DNA of 64,000 nucleotides from Akkermansia muciniphila (GTDB lineage: Bacteria; Verrucomicrobiota; Verrucomicrobiia; Verrucomicrobiales; V1-33). The translations under genes were made by a program, and so were the position numbers. The notes under the pieces were generated by a model. The model saw nothing but the letters and a program-made list of their open reading frames with translations. It did not search any database and was not told the origin of the DNA. The DNA lies in contig CAMAUV010000001.1 of assembly GCA_945861415.1 (NCBI GenBank), positions 121,194-185,193 on the forward strand, given 5' to 3'. Of this stretch, positions 8,760 to 18,626 are shown in pieces; within the stretch, counting starts at the first letter, position 1; each line of letters begins with the position of its first letter.

Positions 8760-10627
8760 TGAGTTCCCATCCGATCAAGCCGGCCCTCGTCCTCGCGCTC
8801 TCTGCTCTCGCGGCGGGATTGCCGACCCGGGCAGCAGATGAGGCTAGTTCGGGCAATCATCCCGTGCTGAAGCGGGCTCTTGCAGAGCATCCCACGGCGG
8901 ATGCCGATGGCAATGGCACCCTCACGCTGGCGGAATACGATATCCTGCAGAAGAAACCGCTGGTGCAACCACCGCCTGCCGAGGCCGGCAAGCCGCCCGT
9001 CGCTCCCCTGCTGCCCCTTTTGCCCGTCCTGCCAAACGGTGAAGTGATCGTGTGCGAGTTTGAGGATCCCAATTGGATCTTAAAATCGGCGGGCTGGACC
9101 AATGAGGGTCCCGCCTTCCAAGGCGACCTCGCCGGAGGGACCCGCGGCATGAGACGGCGGGTCGGTTCGTTTCAGGGAGCGGTTTTTCTCACCACCCAAG
9201 GCAAATCCGAGGCCGAGACCGGCCGGGTTGTCTCGCCGAATTTTCCGCTCGAACTCGATTTCCTCGCCGTGACCATGAGCGGCGGCAGGTTTCCGCAGCG
9301 GGTTGGAGTGAATTTATGGATCGGCGAGGAACTGGTTCGCAGCGTCACAGGAAATAACGACGACTATTTTGAGACAGTGGCGCTGGATGTTCGCGAATTT
9401 CGCGGACGAATGGCACGGGTGGAATTGATCGACCAGCACTCCGGCATCTGGGGCCACCTCAATCTGGATCGCATCGTCCTCACTGCCAATCCCCGTGAGG
9501 CCCGCCGTATTGACTCGCGTCCGCCACCTCCTGCGCCTCTTCCCGGGCTTGCCCTCACCACCACCGGACGCCAGGCTGGCGCTCTCATTGTCACGGATGG
9601 TAAGCTTACTTCCGCTCAGGCACCGGTCGCTGCGGAGAGCCTTCTGCTAGCCATCAACGCGCAGGATTCCGTAACGGAGGTGGCATCCGGCACGCCACCA
9701 CACAGCGCCGTGCAGTTGATTAGCGGTGAAGTCTGGCACGCCCAGATTCTCGGCCTCGAGGGGAAAACCCTTTCCATCAACAGTCCGCTCATCGGCCCGC
9801 GAAAAGTGCCGTTCGAAGGCATTGCGAGCATCGAATTTCAATCCGCCGACGCCGCTGCTCCCCGCGAACCGGGACACCTCTACCGCACCGGTGCGGAGCC
9901 GATTCCCGGCACGCTGGTGTGGATTCGCGACAAAGACATCGCCGTGGACTGCCCGCTCGGCGTCATTCCGCTGGAACGCCCGACCGTCGAGCGTTACGTC
10001 GTCGCCAAGCCCAAGCCTGCGGAGCTGTCTGACGCGGATGTGGTCGGAGTCGTAGGTGGGGGATTACTGCGGGGAAAAGTCACCTTCGCTGGAAACCAGC
10101 TCGTCGTGACCCACGGCATCCTTGGCGAACTCAAACTGGACTGGAAAACTGTCGGCTACCTGCGCCGCACCAAACCTGGCCTCGACTGGCTGGAAGACTT
10201 GGCGATGACGGTGGAGCAGCGTGACCCGCTCACATTGCCGCCGCCACCGCCCCAATGGACCGAGGGCGACGGCGACAGCCACCTTCGAGCCCTTCGCATC
10301 ATGCCGGAAAGCGTGGCCCGCTTCACCTTGAAATCCGAGGCTGGAAGCAAGCTGCAACTGCGGGCCGAAATCGTTCCCGTGCTCAGCTGCCGCGCTGCGA
10401 TGAAAGTCACCGTCCTAGCCGGCGATACCCCCGTCTGGAATCAAACCATCCCATCGGGCAGCGCTCCCGTGCCCCTTTCCGTCGAACTCTCTGCCGCAAC
10501 GCAGTTCGCCCTCAAAGTCGAGTTCGCCGGCCCTCTTGCATTTCCCTGCGGCATCGAGCTGCGCGACCCGCTGGTATTGAACCTCGCTCAACTCACCACC
10601 GAGCCGCAACGCACCCAACCAAACTGA
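8759..10627 (+). CDS. Secreted protein with a canonical EF-hand loop, a jelly-roll (concanavalin-like) domain and a tentative C-terminal NPCBM-like beta-sandwich
   Basis: Signal peptide: MSSHPIKPALVLALSALAAGLPTRA. EF-hand loop: DADGNGTLTLAE. The stretch GRVVSPNFPLELDFLAVTMSGGRFPQRVGVNLWIGEELV...IDQHSGIWGHLNLDRIVL resembles a beta-sandwich module common in PVC exported proteins. The start overlaps the DUF58 stop (TGATG). Confidence 0.75.
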   Translation: MSSHPIKPALVLALSALAAGLPTRAADEASSGNHPVLKRALAEHPTADADGNGTLTLAEYDILQKKPLVQPPPAEAGKPPVAPLLPLLPVLPNGEVIVCEFEDPNWILKSAGWTNEGPAFQGDLAGGTRGMRRRVGSFQGAVFLTTQGKSEAETGRVVSPNFPLELDFLAVTMSGGRFPQRVGVNLWIGEELVRSVTGNNDDYFETVALDVREFRGRMARVELIDQHSGIWGHLNLDRIVLTANPREARRIDSRPPPPAPLPGLALTTTGRQAGALIVTDGKLTSAQAPVAAESLLLAINAQDSVTEVASGTPPHSAVQLISGEVWHAQILGLEGKTLSINSPLIGPRKVPFEGIASIEFQSADAAAPREPGHLYRTGAEPIPGTLVWIRDKDIAVDCPLGVIPLERPTVERYVVAKPKPAELSDADVVGVVGGGLLRGKVTFAGNQLVVTHGILGELKLDWKTVGYLRRTKPGLDWLEDLAMTVEQRDPLTLPPPPPQWTEGDGDSHLRALRIMPESVARFTLKSEAGSKLQLRAEIVPVLSCRAAMKVTVLAGDTPVWNQTIPSGSAPVPLSVELSAATQFALKVEFAGPLAFPCGIELRDPLVLNLAQLTTEPQRTQPN

Positions 10628-10634
10628 TTATCTG

Positions 10635-12839
10635 ATGGGCTCACTGAATTCATTTGCCCTCTGGGGCTATCTTGGACTGGCTGGCATCGCCGTCCCGATC
10701 ATCATCCACCTGCTTTACCGGAAACACCGCAAGGAAACCCCCTGGGCCGCCATGGAGTTGTTGCGCCGGGCACTCGTGATTCGTTCCGGCCAGGTTAAGC
10801 TGGAGGATTATCTGATCCTCTTTCTGCGCTGCCTTGCGCTGGCCCTGCTGGCGTTCGCACTGCTGCGGCCAATCATGAACCCGGACGCCAACAGTTTGCT
10901 TGGCGAAAAGAAGGTCGGGATGATTATCGGGATTGATGCCTCTTACAGCATGAGCCACGGTGAGCAATCGCGGTTCGAGCGTGCCCTCGATAAGGCGCGG
11001 GACATCGTCAAAACCGCGCGGGAAGGCGACCCCGTCACCATCGTCCTGATGAGCAATCGCCCGCAGGTGTTGTTGCGCGGTGCGGGTTACGTCCCGTCGC
11101 AGGTCGAGGAACTCCTCGGATCCAAAGCCACGGCGACGCCCTATCGCCTCGGCCTCGAACGCAATCTTGATCTTCTCAACGAACTGGCCGACGAACTCAA
11201 GACGGCCGGTAAGGAGGTCTTCCTCGTTAGCGATTCGCAGGAACTTGACTGGGTTAATCTTTCCCCGACTGCCCGCGCCTCGTTCGAGCGCCTCACGAAG
11301 AGCGCCAGCGTGTATGCGATTCCGAGCGGCTCGGACGGCGAGGAAAACTTCACGCTGGAGCGCCTGACCTACTCGTCCGGATCACTGCGCCAGTCGGGTT
11401 CAGCTCGTTTTACCGCCATGGTGCGCAACACCGGTCGACGCGTAGCCGATGGCGGCTCCGTTGAATTTTTTGTCGGCAACGAACTCAGCAAACGGCTCGC
11501 CGTCGGTTCGCTCGAACCCGGCCAGGCACGCGGTTTGGATTTCTTTGCTTCGTTCGACAAACCCGGCGACATCCAGATCAAGGCGCAGCTCAGCCCTGAC
11601 GATCTCGTGGCCGACAACGTTCGCCATGCCATGGCCCACATCAGCTCCAGCGTCCGCGTTCTTTGCGTGGAAGGCGGCTCCGCTGGCGGGGCCGACGACC
11701 GCATGGGCGGCTACTACGCCGTCCGTGCCCTGCGCCTCAAGGACCGTGGGGACGACAGCCCAATCAAGGTCAACCAGATCGAGGCCCCCGACCTCGCGGT
11801 CGAACAACTCGGTGACTACGACGTGGTCCTGCTCGCTAACGTGCCGGACCTTTCTCCGGAAACCGTGGAGCGACTGCGGAAATTCGTGCAGCGAGGCGGC
11901 GGCCTGATCGTCTTTGCCGGCGATCGCGTGGATGCTGCGCAATACAACGAGCGTTTCGGCAAAGGCGCTGACGCATTGCTGCCAGCTGTCATCGGCAAAG
12001 TCGCCACCTACAGCGGCGATGCGACAGGCTGGAGCATCGGGCCGCCGAAATCCGATCACCTTCTGGCTGGGGTTGTTTCACGTCTCGACGAGAAGCTGCT
12101 GGATAGTGCACGGTTCAGTAAAATCACGGCCGTCGAGCCGGCACCGGGCAGCGAGACGATCCTTTCGCTCGCTGAAACGAACGCTCCCTTGCTGCTGGCC
12201 CGCAATTTCGGCGCAGGATCAGTCCTCCTTTTCACCACTTCTGCGGATAGGACATGGAGTGAACTAGCCGTTCATCCGCTTTATGCCATGCTTTTGCAGC
12301 AGGCCGTCACCAATCTGACCAGCCGCCCCGACGCGCTGCAATTCACAGCGGGAGAAGACGCCAAGCTAAGTGTAGCCGGCCGCCAAGTCGGCGAAAACGT
12401 CGCGCTCACCAAGCCCGGTGGCGAGGCCTCTGCCATCCGCGTCACTCAGGACCGCGACCAGACCGTGGCCGACATCGGGTTTGATGTTCCCGGCATCTAC
12501 CAGATCGCAGCCGAGGGACAAAAGCCGGCCGTGGCCGTGGCCGCCAACGTGGACGCCCGGGAATCCAATGTGACCGTGCTTGATGCCGGAGCGGTCGAAA
12601 ACCTCCTCAGCCCCATCGGAGTCAAAGTGCTCGGCAAAGAAGGCGACCTTGCCTCCGTCATCGAGAAAAACCGTCGCGGCCGCGAAATCTCGATGTTCCT
12701 GCTTTGGCTCGCGACCGGCGTCTTTATTCTGCAAAGTCTCCTTGCCCGCTATTTCACCAACAAAATTTCCCGCGAAGAGGTCCCCGATCTCACCGCCGCA
12801 CTGCAAAAGAGCAGGGTCGCGGCCGCCCGGCGGATCTAA
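10635..12839 (+). CDS. BatA-type protein: N-terminal double-TM 'aerotolerance regulator' domain, VWA domain and C-terminal TM anchor
   Basis: The N-terminus GLAGIAVPIIIHLLYRK...LALALLAFALLRP is the BatA N-terminal double-TM signature. The MIDAS-like motif is GIDASYSMS. The C-terminal helix is ISMFLLWLATGVFILQSLL. Confidence 0.85.
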   Translation: MGSLNSFALWGYLGLAGIAVPIIIHLLYRKHRKETPWAAMELLRRALVIRSGQVKLEDYLILFLRCLALALLAFALLRPIMNPDANSLLGEKKVGMIIGIDASYSMSHGEQSRFERALDKARDIVKTAREGDPVTIVLMSNRPQVLLRGAGYVPSQVEELLGSKATATPYRLGLERNLDLLNELADELKTAGKEVFLVSDSQELDWVNLSPTARASFERLTKSASVYAIPSGSDGEENFTLERLTYSSGSLRQSGSARFTAMVRNTGRRVADGGSVEFFVGNELSKRLAVGSLEPGQARGLDFFASFDKPGDIQIKAQLSPDDLVADNVRHAMAHISSSVRVLCVEGGSAGGADDRMGGYYAVRALRLKDRGDDSPIKVNQIEAPDLAVEQLGDYDVVLLANVPDLSPETVERLRKFVQRGGGLIVFAGDRVDAAQYNERFGKGADALLPAVIGKVATYSGDATGWSIGPPKSDHLLAGVVSRLDEKLLDSARFSKITAVEPAPGSETILSLAETNAPLLLARNFGAGSVLLFTTSADRTWSELAVHPLYAMLLQQAVTNLTSRPDALQFTAGEDAKLSVAGRQVGENVALTKPGGEASAIRVTQDRDQTVADIGFDVPGIYQIAAEGQKPAVAVAANVDARESNVTVLDAGAVENLLSPIGVKVLGKEGDLASVIEKNRRGREISMFLLWLATGVFILQSLLARYFTNKISREEVPDLTAALQKSRVAAARRI

Positions 12840-12860
12840 GCTCCAACCCATCGAATTTGC

Positions 12861-15218
12861 ATGCTCAAGAAACTACTGGCGCTCGATTCCTCTCAGGACG
12901 TTGACCGGGTTGACCTCGCCTTCCGCGGCGGATGGGAACTCGCTCTGGTGTTGATCGCTGTCGCTGTCGCCTTCGCGATCTACCTTTACCGCTCCGAACG
13001 TCACCTCGCCAAGGGCCGCCGCATGGTGATGATGATCTGTCAGGCCACCGCCCTGCTCGGCCTTATCGTCATTCTGCTGCAGCCTTATGCGATCATCCGC
13101 ATGACCAAGGAATTTAAGCGGACGTTCCTTATGATGCTGGATACATCCCGCAGCATGGCTTTCAAAGATCCGCGCAGCACTCCACCACAGTTCGAGGAAG
13201 CCGCAAAAGCGCTCAACAAGGTGCCGCTGACGGCCCCCATGCCGACGGAAAATGCTGCCGATCTCCAGCAAAGCCTGAGCGCCGCCACCCGTGTGGATTT
13301 GGCCCGCGGCGTTCTGAAACATCCCGAGATGAAGCTCGTCGAGAAGCTTCGCAAAAATTACGACGTACGCTTCTTCACCTTTGACGGACAGGTTCGTCCC
13401 GAGGAAGAGCCCTCCATCCTCGAACGCGAGGCCACCGGTGATTCCTCGCAGATCGGTTCCGCCATTGAAGAGGCGGTAGGTCGCTTTTCTGGGCAGCCAG
13501 TGGCTGGGGCCATGGTGTTCAGCGATTTTGCATGGATGGAAGGAAAAGATCCACTCCGCGTGGCCCGCCAGATGAAGGAGCGCGGCATCCCGCTTTATTC
13601 AGCAGCTATCGGCCTGCCTTCGCCGCCGGATATCAAGCTCAGCGGAGTCGTTGCTCCGGAAGTTGTCTTCAAAGGCGACAGCGTTCCACTGCGCGTAAAA
13701 GTCGAGTCCCGCGGCTACCAAGGACGCACCGTGGAAGTGCAACTCACGATCGATGGCGAGCAGGGCTCCACGCAGCAGGTTCAGCTCAAGGACGGCGTGC
13801 AATACGAAGAGATGACCTTCATCCCCCAGAAGGAGTCGGGCACCATCAAGCTGAATTTCCAGATCGCCGCCGTGGCCGGTGAAGCCACCGACCTGAACAA
13901 CCAGACCAGCCACGAGGTCCGCATCCTCAGCGAGAAGATCAAAGTCCTCTACGTCGAGGGCCTGCCGCGCTGGGAATTCCGCTATTTGCGCTGGGTGCTG
14001 CTGCGCGACCCGCGACTGGACGTGAAGTTTCTCATGACGCAGGGCGACCCCACCCTCGCCGGCTCTTCGCCGCGTCACATCGGCCGGTTCCCGCAAGATC
14101 CGGCGGAGGCGCTTAAATACGACCTCATCATCATCGGCGATGTGCCCGCCTCCTATTTCAACGCCGCCCAGACCGAGCTTATCCAGCAGCTAGTCAAGGA
14201 ACGCGGCGGATCGCTCCTCATGATCGCCGGTCCCATGGCAGCGCCGTCCACTTATCGCGAAACCCCGCTCGCCGAAATCCTGCCGGTTAACATCGGCTCC
14301 ACCGGCTTTCATAACGCGGCCGCCACCGACTCGCCCGAAGTGACGCCCGCCGGACGCGAGAGCCTTGCCACTTCGCTCTCCGTCTCCCCTGAGGTCAGTG
14401 CCCGTGTCTGGTCCAACATTAAGCCCATGTACACCCTGCCGCAGCTTGAAGGGCCAAAGGCCGGCGCCACGGTCCTGCTCCGCTTGCCGAAAGCGAGCGA
14501 GGAACTGCCCGACTATCCTCTCGTGGCATGGCACCGCTACGGTAGCGGCAAGGCGATGTTCGTTGCCACCGAGGATCTCTGGCGCATGCGGCTGGAGGTC
14601 GGCGACCGCTTCCACGCCCGGTTCTGGGGTCAGACCATCCAATTCCTGACGCTCTCGCGGCTGCTTGGGCAGAATAAGCAGATCACCCTCGAAACCGACC
14701 GCGGCTCCTACAGCACCGGCGAGCAGGTCCGCATCTTTGCCAATGTCCTGACCGAATCCTTCGAGCCCGTGTCGCAGCCGTCCTACGATGTGACCCTCGA
14801 GGCGAAAGGCGAGACGGACACCGCTACCACCATCGAGTTGAGCCCCGTTCCTGAGACCCCCGGCCTTTTCTCCGGGACTCATCTCGCGGGCAAGGATGGC
14901 AGCTACGTGCTCCGCACTCCCCCCGCCGATGCCGAAATCTCGAACCAGACCGGCTTCAAGATCGCCACCCAGGCCATGGAGGACCGCGAAACCGCCATGC
15001 AGCCTGATGTGGCGCGGCAGGTTGCGGAACTGTCCGGTGGCCGGGAACTGCTCCTCACCAGCCTTGGCGACTTCCCGGACAGCCTAGGCGAAGAAAAGAA
15101 ACTCACCAGCGTAGTGCGTCTCGAGAAAGATCTCTGGGACGTACCTGTCTGGTTCCTCATCGTCGTTGCGTTCGCCGGTCTGGAGTGGTATCTCAGACGC
15201 AAGGAAAACCTCGTATAA
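12861..15218 (+). CDS. Bitopic membrane VWA-domain protein with a GATase1/ThuA-fold-like domain
   Basis: The N-terminal TM region is LALVLIAVAVAFAIYLY...LLGLIVILLQP. The MIDAS-like motif is MLDTSRSMAF. It also has KVLYVEGLPRWEFRYLRWVLLRD...DLIIIGDV. The C-terminal TM helix is VPVWFLIVVAFAGLEWYL. Confidence 0.8.
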   Translation: MLKKLLALDSSQDVDRVDLAFRGGWELALVLIAVAVAFAIYLYRSERHLAKGRRMVMMICQATALLGLIVILLQPYAIIRMTKEFKRTFLMMLDTSRSMAFKDPRSTPPQFEEAAKALNKVPLTAPMPTENAADLQQSLSAATRVDLARGVLKHPEMKLVEKLRKNYDVRFFTFDGQVRPEEEPSILEREATGDSSQIGSAIEEAVGRFSGQPVAGAMVFSDFAWMEGKDPLRVARQMKERGIPLYSAAIGLPSPPDIKLSGVVAPEVVFKGDSVPLRVKVESRGYQGRTVEVQLTIDGEQGSTQQVQLKDGVQYEEMTFIPQKESGTIKLNFQIAAVAGEATDLNNQTSHEVRILSEKIKVLYVEGLPRWEFRYLRWVLLRDPRLDVKFLMTQGDPTLAGSSPRHIGRFPQDPAEALKYDLIIIGDVPASYFNAAQTELIQQLVKERGGSLLMIAGPMAAPSTYRETPLAEILPVNIGSTGFHNAAATDSPEVTPAGRESLATSLSVSPEVSARVWSNIKPMYTLPQLEGPKAGATVLLRLPKASEELPDYPLVAWHRYGSGKAMFVATEDLWRMRLEVGDRFHARFWGQTIQFLTLSRLLGQNKQITLETDRGSYSTGEQVRIFANVLTESFEPVSQPSYDVTLEAKGETDTATTIELSPVPETPGLFSGTHLAGKDGSYVLRTPPADAEISNQTGFKIATQAMEDRETAMQPDVARQVAELSGGRELLLTSLGDFPDSLGEEKKLTSVVRLEKDLWDVPVWFLIVVAFAGLEWYLRRKENLV

Positions 15219-15228
15219 CAGCTGACCA

Positions 15229-16881
15229 ATGGACGCAAACCAACATAATTCCATTGAGCAGAAGCTGCGCTGGGCGTGGAGCAGGGAGCGCACTTTCATT
15301 CACATTCGCGGTGCGTTCCGCGTTTTGATCTGGCTACTCGTTCTGCTCGCCATCGGCTTCCTCATTGACTGGGGTCTCTTCACCCAAGCCGGACTACGGG
15401 CCAATCTGGGTATCCCGCTGTTAGTAGTCAGCGCCATTATCCTCTGCTGGGCCATTTGGCATGAGTGGCTGCGGCACCTCAAGCCGTTCGATCCCGTCCA
15501 CGTCTCGCTGGCAGTCGAAAAACGCCATTCCGGGATGAACTCCCTGCTCGTCTCCTACGCCCAGTTGGATCCCTCCAAAGCAGACAAGGCCACCGTCTCC
15601 TCCGAATTGATCGGGGCCATGCGGGATCAGGCTGTCACGCAGGCGCGTCCTCTGGATTTTCGGGAAATCGTTGATTTTGGCCAGATCAAGAAACTCCTCG
15701 TCGTCGGGGGTGGCTTGTTCGCAGTATTCGCCGCCCTCTCCATCCGCTGGAGCGATCACGTCGGCGTCTTCTTCCAGCGCCTTGCAGGCTCCAACGCCCG
15801 TTACCCCACACAGACGCAGATTAAGAGCGTTTCTGGAGACCTGACGGTGCGCGCTGGCGACTCTGCCATTCTCCGCACCACAGCCGGCGGCGTCCTGCCA
15901 CCAGAGGGCCGCCTTTTCACCCGGCCTGCCGGGAGTGACTCTCCGTGGAAGGAATTGCCGATGAAGACGGAAGCTGACCCCGCTAACTACGAGCGCGAGG
16001 TCAAGGGCTTGACCAGAGATCTCAGCTACTATGTGCGTGTCGGCGACGACACCAGCGAGGAGCACGTTGTTCGTGTCATCAACGCTCCACAGATTGTGGA
16101 AACGCAGGTTGCTCTCGAATTCCCCGCCTATCTGTCCAAGACCGCCGGAACGAGCGACCAGCTCAACCTCGAAGTTCCGGAGGGAACTAAATTAATTTGG
16201 AATCTGACCTGCAATCCGCCGGTGAAACGTTGCGAGGTCATCGCCGGGGAGCGCACTTTTGATGCCAAACTCGACGAGAGCGGCACTAAGCTCGGCTTTG
16301 AACTTACTGCCCAGGATGCCATCAAATACACCTTCCGCTGGACCGAGCGGGAGAAGGAGTTCAAGTATGACGACGTGCAATATGCTGTCAAAATAGTGTC
16401 GGACGCCTTGCCGGAAGTGGAACTCCTGCGCCCTTCCATGAACGGACTGGCCACCGTGAAGAAGACCCTCAAAATCACCGCCAAGGCCAGTGACGACCAC
16501 GGTCTCGAAAAAGCCTGGCTGCTCTACTCCATCAATGCCGGGAAGGAGGAGCGCGTCGAGATTCACGATTTCAAAGCAGCGGCCGGCCAGGAGTTCACCT
16601 ACGAGTGGAAGCTCAGCACAGCTATCCCCGACCTGAAACCATCGGCGCAAGTGGCCATCGCCATCGAAGTCGCCGACCTCCATCCGGACAAAGCCACCCA
16701 CAAGCGCCGCTCCTCGACACGAGTCCTCTCCATTGTCGAACCCCAAGCCTATCTCGAGTGGTACCGTGCGGAACTCGCGGCCCAGACCGATGAATTGAAA
16801 CGTTCCCGCGACTCCGAAATGGCCTCTTCTACCCAAGTCAAAGGCATTAAAGCCCAGGAAAGCGACCAAAAGCCAAAATGA
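15229..16881 (+). CDS. Three-TM membrane protein with Ig-like repeats (DUF4175-like N-terminal half, tentative)
   Basis: It has hydrophobic helices at about aa 28-50, 60-80 and 165-185. The segment PEVELLRPS...ITAKASDDHGLEKAWLLY resembles what I recall from DUF4175-type proteins. The family name is from recollection only. Confidence 0.7.
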   Translation: MDANQHNSIEQKLRWAWSRERTFIHIRGAFRVLIWLLVLLAIGFLIDWGLFTQAGLRANLGIPLLVVSAIILCWAIWHEWLRHLKPFDPVHVSLAVEKRHSGMNSLLVSYAQLDPSKADKATVSSELIGAMRDQAVTQARPLDFREIVDFGQIKKLLVVGGGLFAVFAALSIRWSDHVGVFFQRLAGSNARYPTQTQIKSVSGDLTVRAGDSAILRTTAGGVLPPEGRLFTRPAGSDSPWKELPMKTEADPANYEREVKGLTRDLSYYVRVGDDTSEEHVVRVINAPQIVETQVALEFPAYLSKTAGTSDQLNLEVPEGTKLIWNLTCNPPVKRCEVIAGERTFDAKLDESGTKLGFELTAQDAIKYTFRWTEREKEFKYDDVQYAVKIVSDALPEVELLRPSMNGLATVKKTLKITAKASDDHGLEKAWLLYSINAGKEERVEIHDFKAAAGQEFTYEWKLSTAIPDLKPSAQVAIAIEVADLHPDKATHKRRSSTRVLSIVEPQAYLEWYRAELAAQTDELKRSRDSEMASSTQVKGIKAQESDQKPK

Positions 16882-18626
16882 GATCTTCCATGAAACGATT
16901 CCATCACCATTTCCGGTTCCTGCTGATCGCATTGGCCTTGCCCGCCCTGCTGGCCGCGTCTGTCCGAGCCCAGGACCCGGCCGCGCCTGCCGCGACACCC
17001 GCAGCCGCGCCTGCAGCTGCCGCGACACCCGCACCCGTCGAGGTGAATGGCGGGGACGACATTCTGCTCACCGGCCAGCGGTTGCTCAATGAAGAGCGCC
17101 GCCAATTGGATGTCTCCCGCCGCCTGACGGGCGTCCATCGCCGTTTCGGCACACTGCTCGAAGACATTCAATCCAACGAACTCACAGAGGAAGGCGGAGC
17201 CACGACGCTCGTCACTACCGGAAACGCCATCGCCACCCTCCGCAATGGACGTGTGCCCATCGCCACAGAGCAACTCCGCCAAGCCCGGGGCGACCTCGGA
17301 AAAGCCCTGCCGCATATTGACGGTGCCTACAAGGAGATCACGGCCATCGTCGACGACCTTAACAAGATCATCGTGGGAGCCAGCACCATTCTGGCCGACG
17401 ACCGCCTGCTGAAGGAAATTCGCGAGATCATCAAGGAGGAGGAATTCCTGCGCCGCCAGACCGCCGAGTGGGGCAAAAAACTCATCATCAATCCCGAGGC
17501 CGGCAACCTTGACCAGGGGCGGGTTTCACGGGCTCAGCAGGTGGTCGTTGATCGCTACGTGCCATTTTTCGATATGCTGACCACAGCCCGTAAGCAGGCG
17601 ACGGACCCCACAACAGCTAGCCGTTTGGGCAAGGCCGAACTTGCGCTGACCGAGAGTAAACCCGAGGCCAGACTGGCCGCGGCCATTGATCAGATTACGC
17701 AGAGCCAGGCGATCGGAGCGGTGGGCGAACAAGACCAGGCCATCGAGGCCCTGCGGAAAGCGGAGAAAATTCTCGCAGAGGAAGCCGCGTCCGACCTCGT
17801 GACCGAACTGGCCCGCATTTTGGCCGCCGAAAAAGACCTCCATCAGGACACAACCCAAGCGGAAGTCGCGGCGTTCCAAGCAGAAAAGTCGTATTTCGAA
17901 GCCCGCCAGATCGGAATCGGCAAGATGCTCGAAACCGCTATCACGAATTTCGTCCCCAGCCTCGCCGGCACTTCCGCGACACCACCGCCGCCTCCCGCGC
18001 CGACATTCACCACGCCCGTTTCCGCCGCACTCACTGCATCAATTACCGAAGCGACCAAAGCAATTGCTGTGGCCGTCACCGAATTGAATGCCGGTAAACA
18101 GCCTGAGTCGATAGCCGCAGAACTCGCCGTCATCGCGGCCCTCGAGAAAGCCCTCGCACAAGCGAGAGCGGAACTTGGGACCGAGGTGCCTCCCGTCGAG
18201 GCTGGCGACATCAGCCTCGCAGATATCGGCACAGGCAGCGAAGGATCGGAATCGTTCGGGGAAGGAGCTGAATCGTTTGGCGAAGCATCTGATTCGTTCG
18301 CCGAGGGCCAAGGCGAGGGGCAGGGGCAAGGCCAAGGGCAAGGCCAAGGGCAGGGAGAGGGCGAGGGGCAGGGACAAGGGCAGGGGAAAAAAAGCGGCAG
18401 AGGACAACCCACTCCGTTCGCCGGTGACCCCAAGGATCTCGAAGAAAGCTATGCCGATGGGACCACGAAAATTGACGGGCGGGGATCAGAAGTAAAGCGC
18501 ACTCGTCAGTCGCTCGACGCACTCTCGCGGCGCCAGCGTTCCGCAGCCATCCAAAACTTCGTCCAGCAACTGCCGCCAGAATTCCGGCAGCAAGTCGCCG
18601 AATACTACGAATCTCTCGCCGAATGA
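16878..18626 (+). CDS. Secreted coiled-coil / low-complexity protein (DUF4175-like C-terminal half, tentative)
   Basis: An ATGA overlap joins it to the upstream gene. The signal peptide is MKRFHHHFRFLLIALALPALLAASVRAQ. It contains a Pro/Ala-rich tract, long helical Ala/Glu/Leu-rich regions, an acidic ESFGEG x3 repeat plus a (GQ/GE)n run, and the basic C-terminus RRQRSAAIQNFVQQLPPEFRQQVAEYYESLAE. Confidence 0.75.
   Translation: MRSSMKRFHHHFRFLLIALALPALLAASVRAQDPAAPAATPAAAPAAAATPAPVEVNGGDDILLTGQRLLNEERRQLDVSRRLTGVHRRFGTLLEDIQSNELTEEGGATTLVTTGNAIATLRNGRVPIATEQLRQARGDLGKALPHIDGAYKEITAIVDDLNKIIVGASTILADDRLLKEIREIIKEEEFLRRQTAEWGKKLIINPEAGNLDQGRVSRAQQVVVDRYVPFFDMLTTARKQATDPTTASRLGKAELALTESKPEARLAAAIDQITQSQAIGAVGEQDQAIEALRKAEKILAEEAASDLVTELARILAAEKDLHQDTTQAEVAAFQAEKSYFEARQIGIGKMLETAITNFVPSLAGTSATPPPPPAPTFTTPVSAALTASITEATKAIAVAVTELNAGKQPESIAAELAVIAALEKALAQARAELGTEVPPVEAGDISLADIGTGSEGSESFGEGAESFGEASDSFAEGQGEGQGQGQGQGQGQGEGEGQGQGQGKKSGRGQPTPFAGDPKDLEESYADGTTKIDGRGSEVKRTRQSLDALSRRQRSAAIQNFVQQLPPEFRQQVAEYYESLAE
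18303..18385 (+). repeat. Hexanucleotide (GGNSAR)n microsatellite encoding EGQGEGQGQGQGQGQGQGEGEGQGQGQG
   Basis: Read directly from the sequence. About 14 tandem 6-nt units lie inside CDS 16878..18626, preceded by three imperfect 21-24-nt repeats (18238-18302) encoding ESFGEG-like units. Confidence 0.85.

Noticed and set aside
18238-18385. Short tandem repeats that might be mistaken for a CRISPR-like or intergenic repeat array.
   Set aside because: The units are 6 nt (or about 21 nt) with no spacers. They lie in frame inside a coding region and encode Gly/Gln/Glu low-complexity sequence. This is not a CRISPR array.
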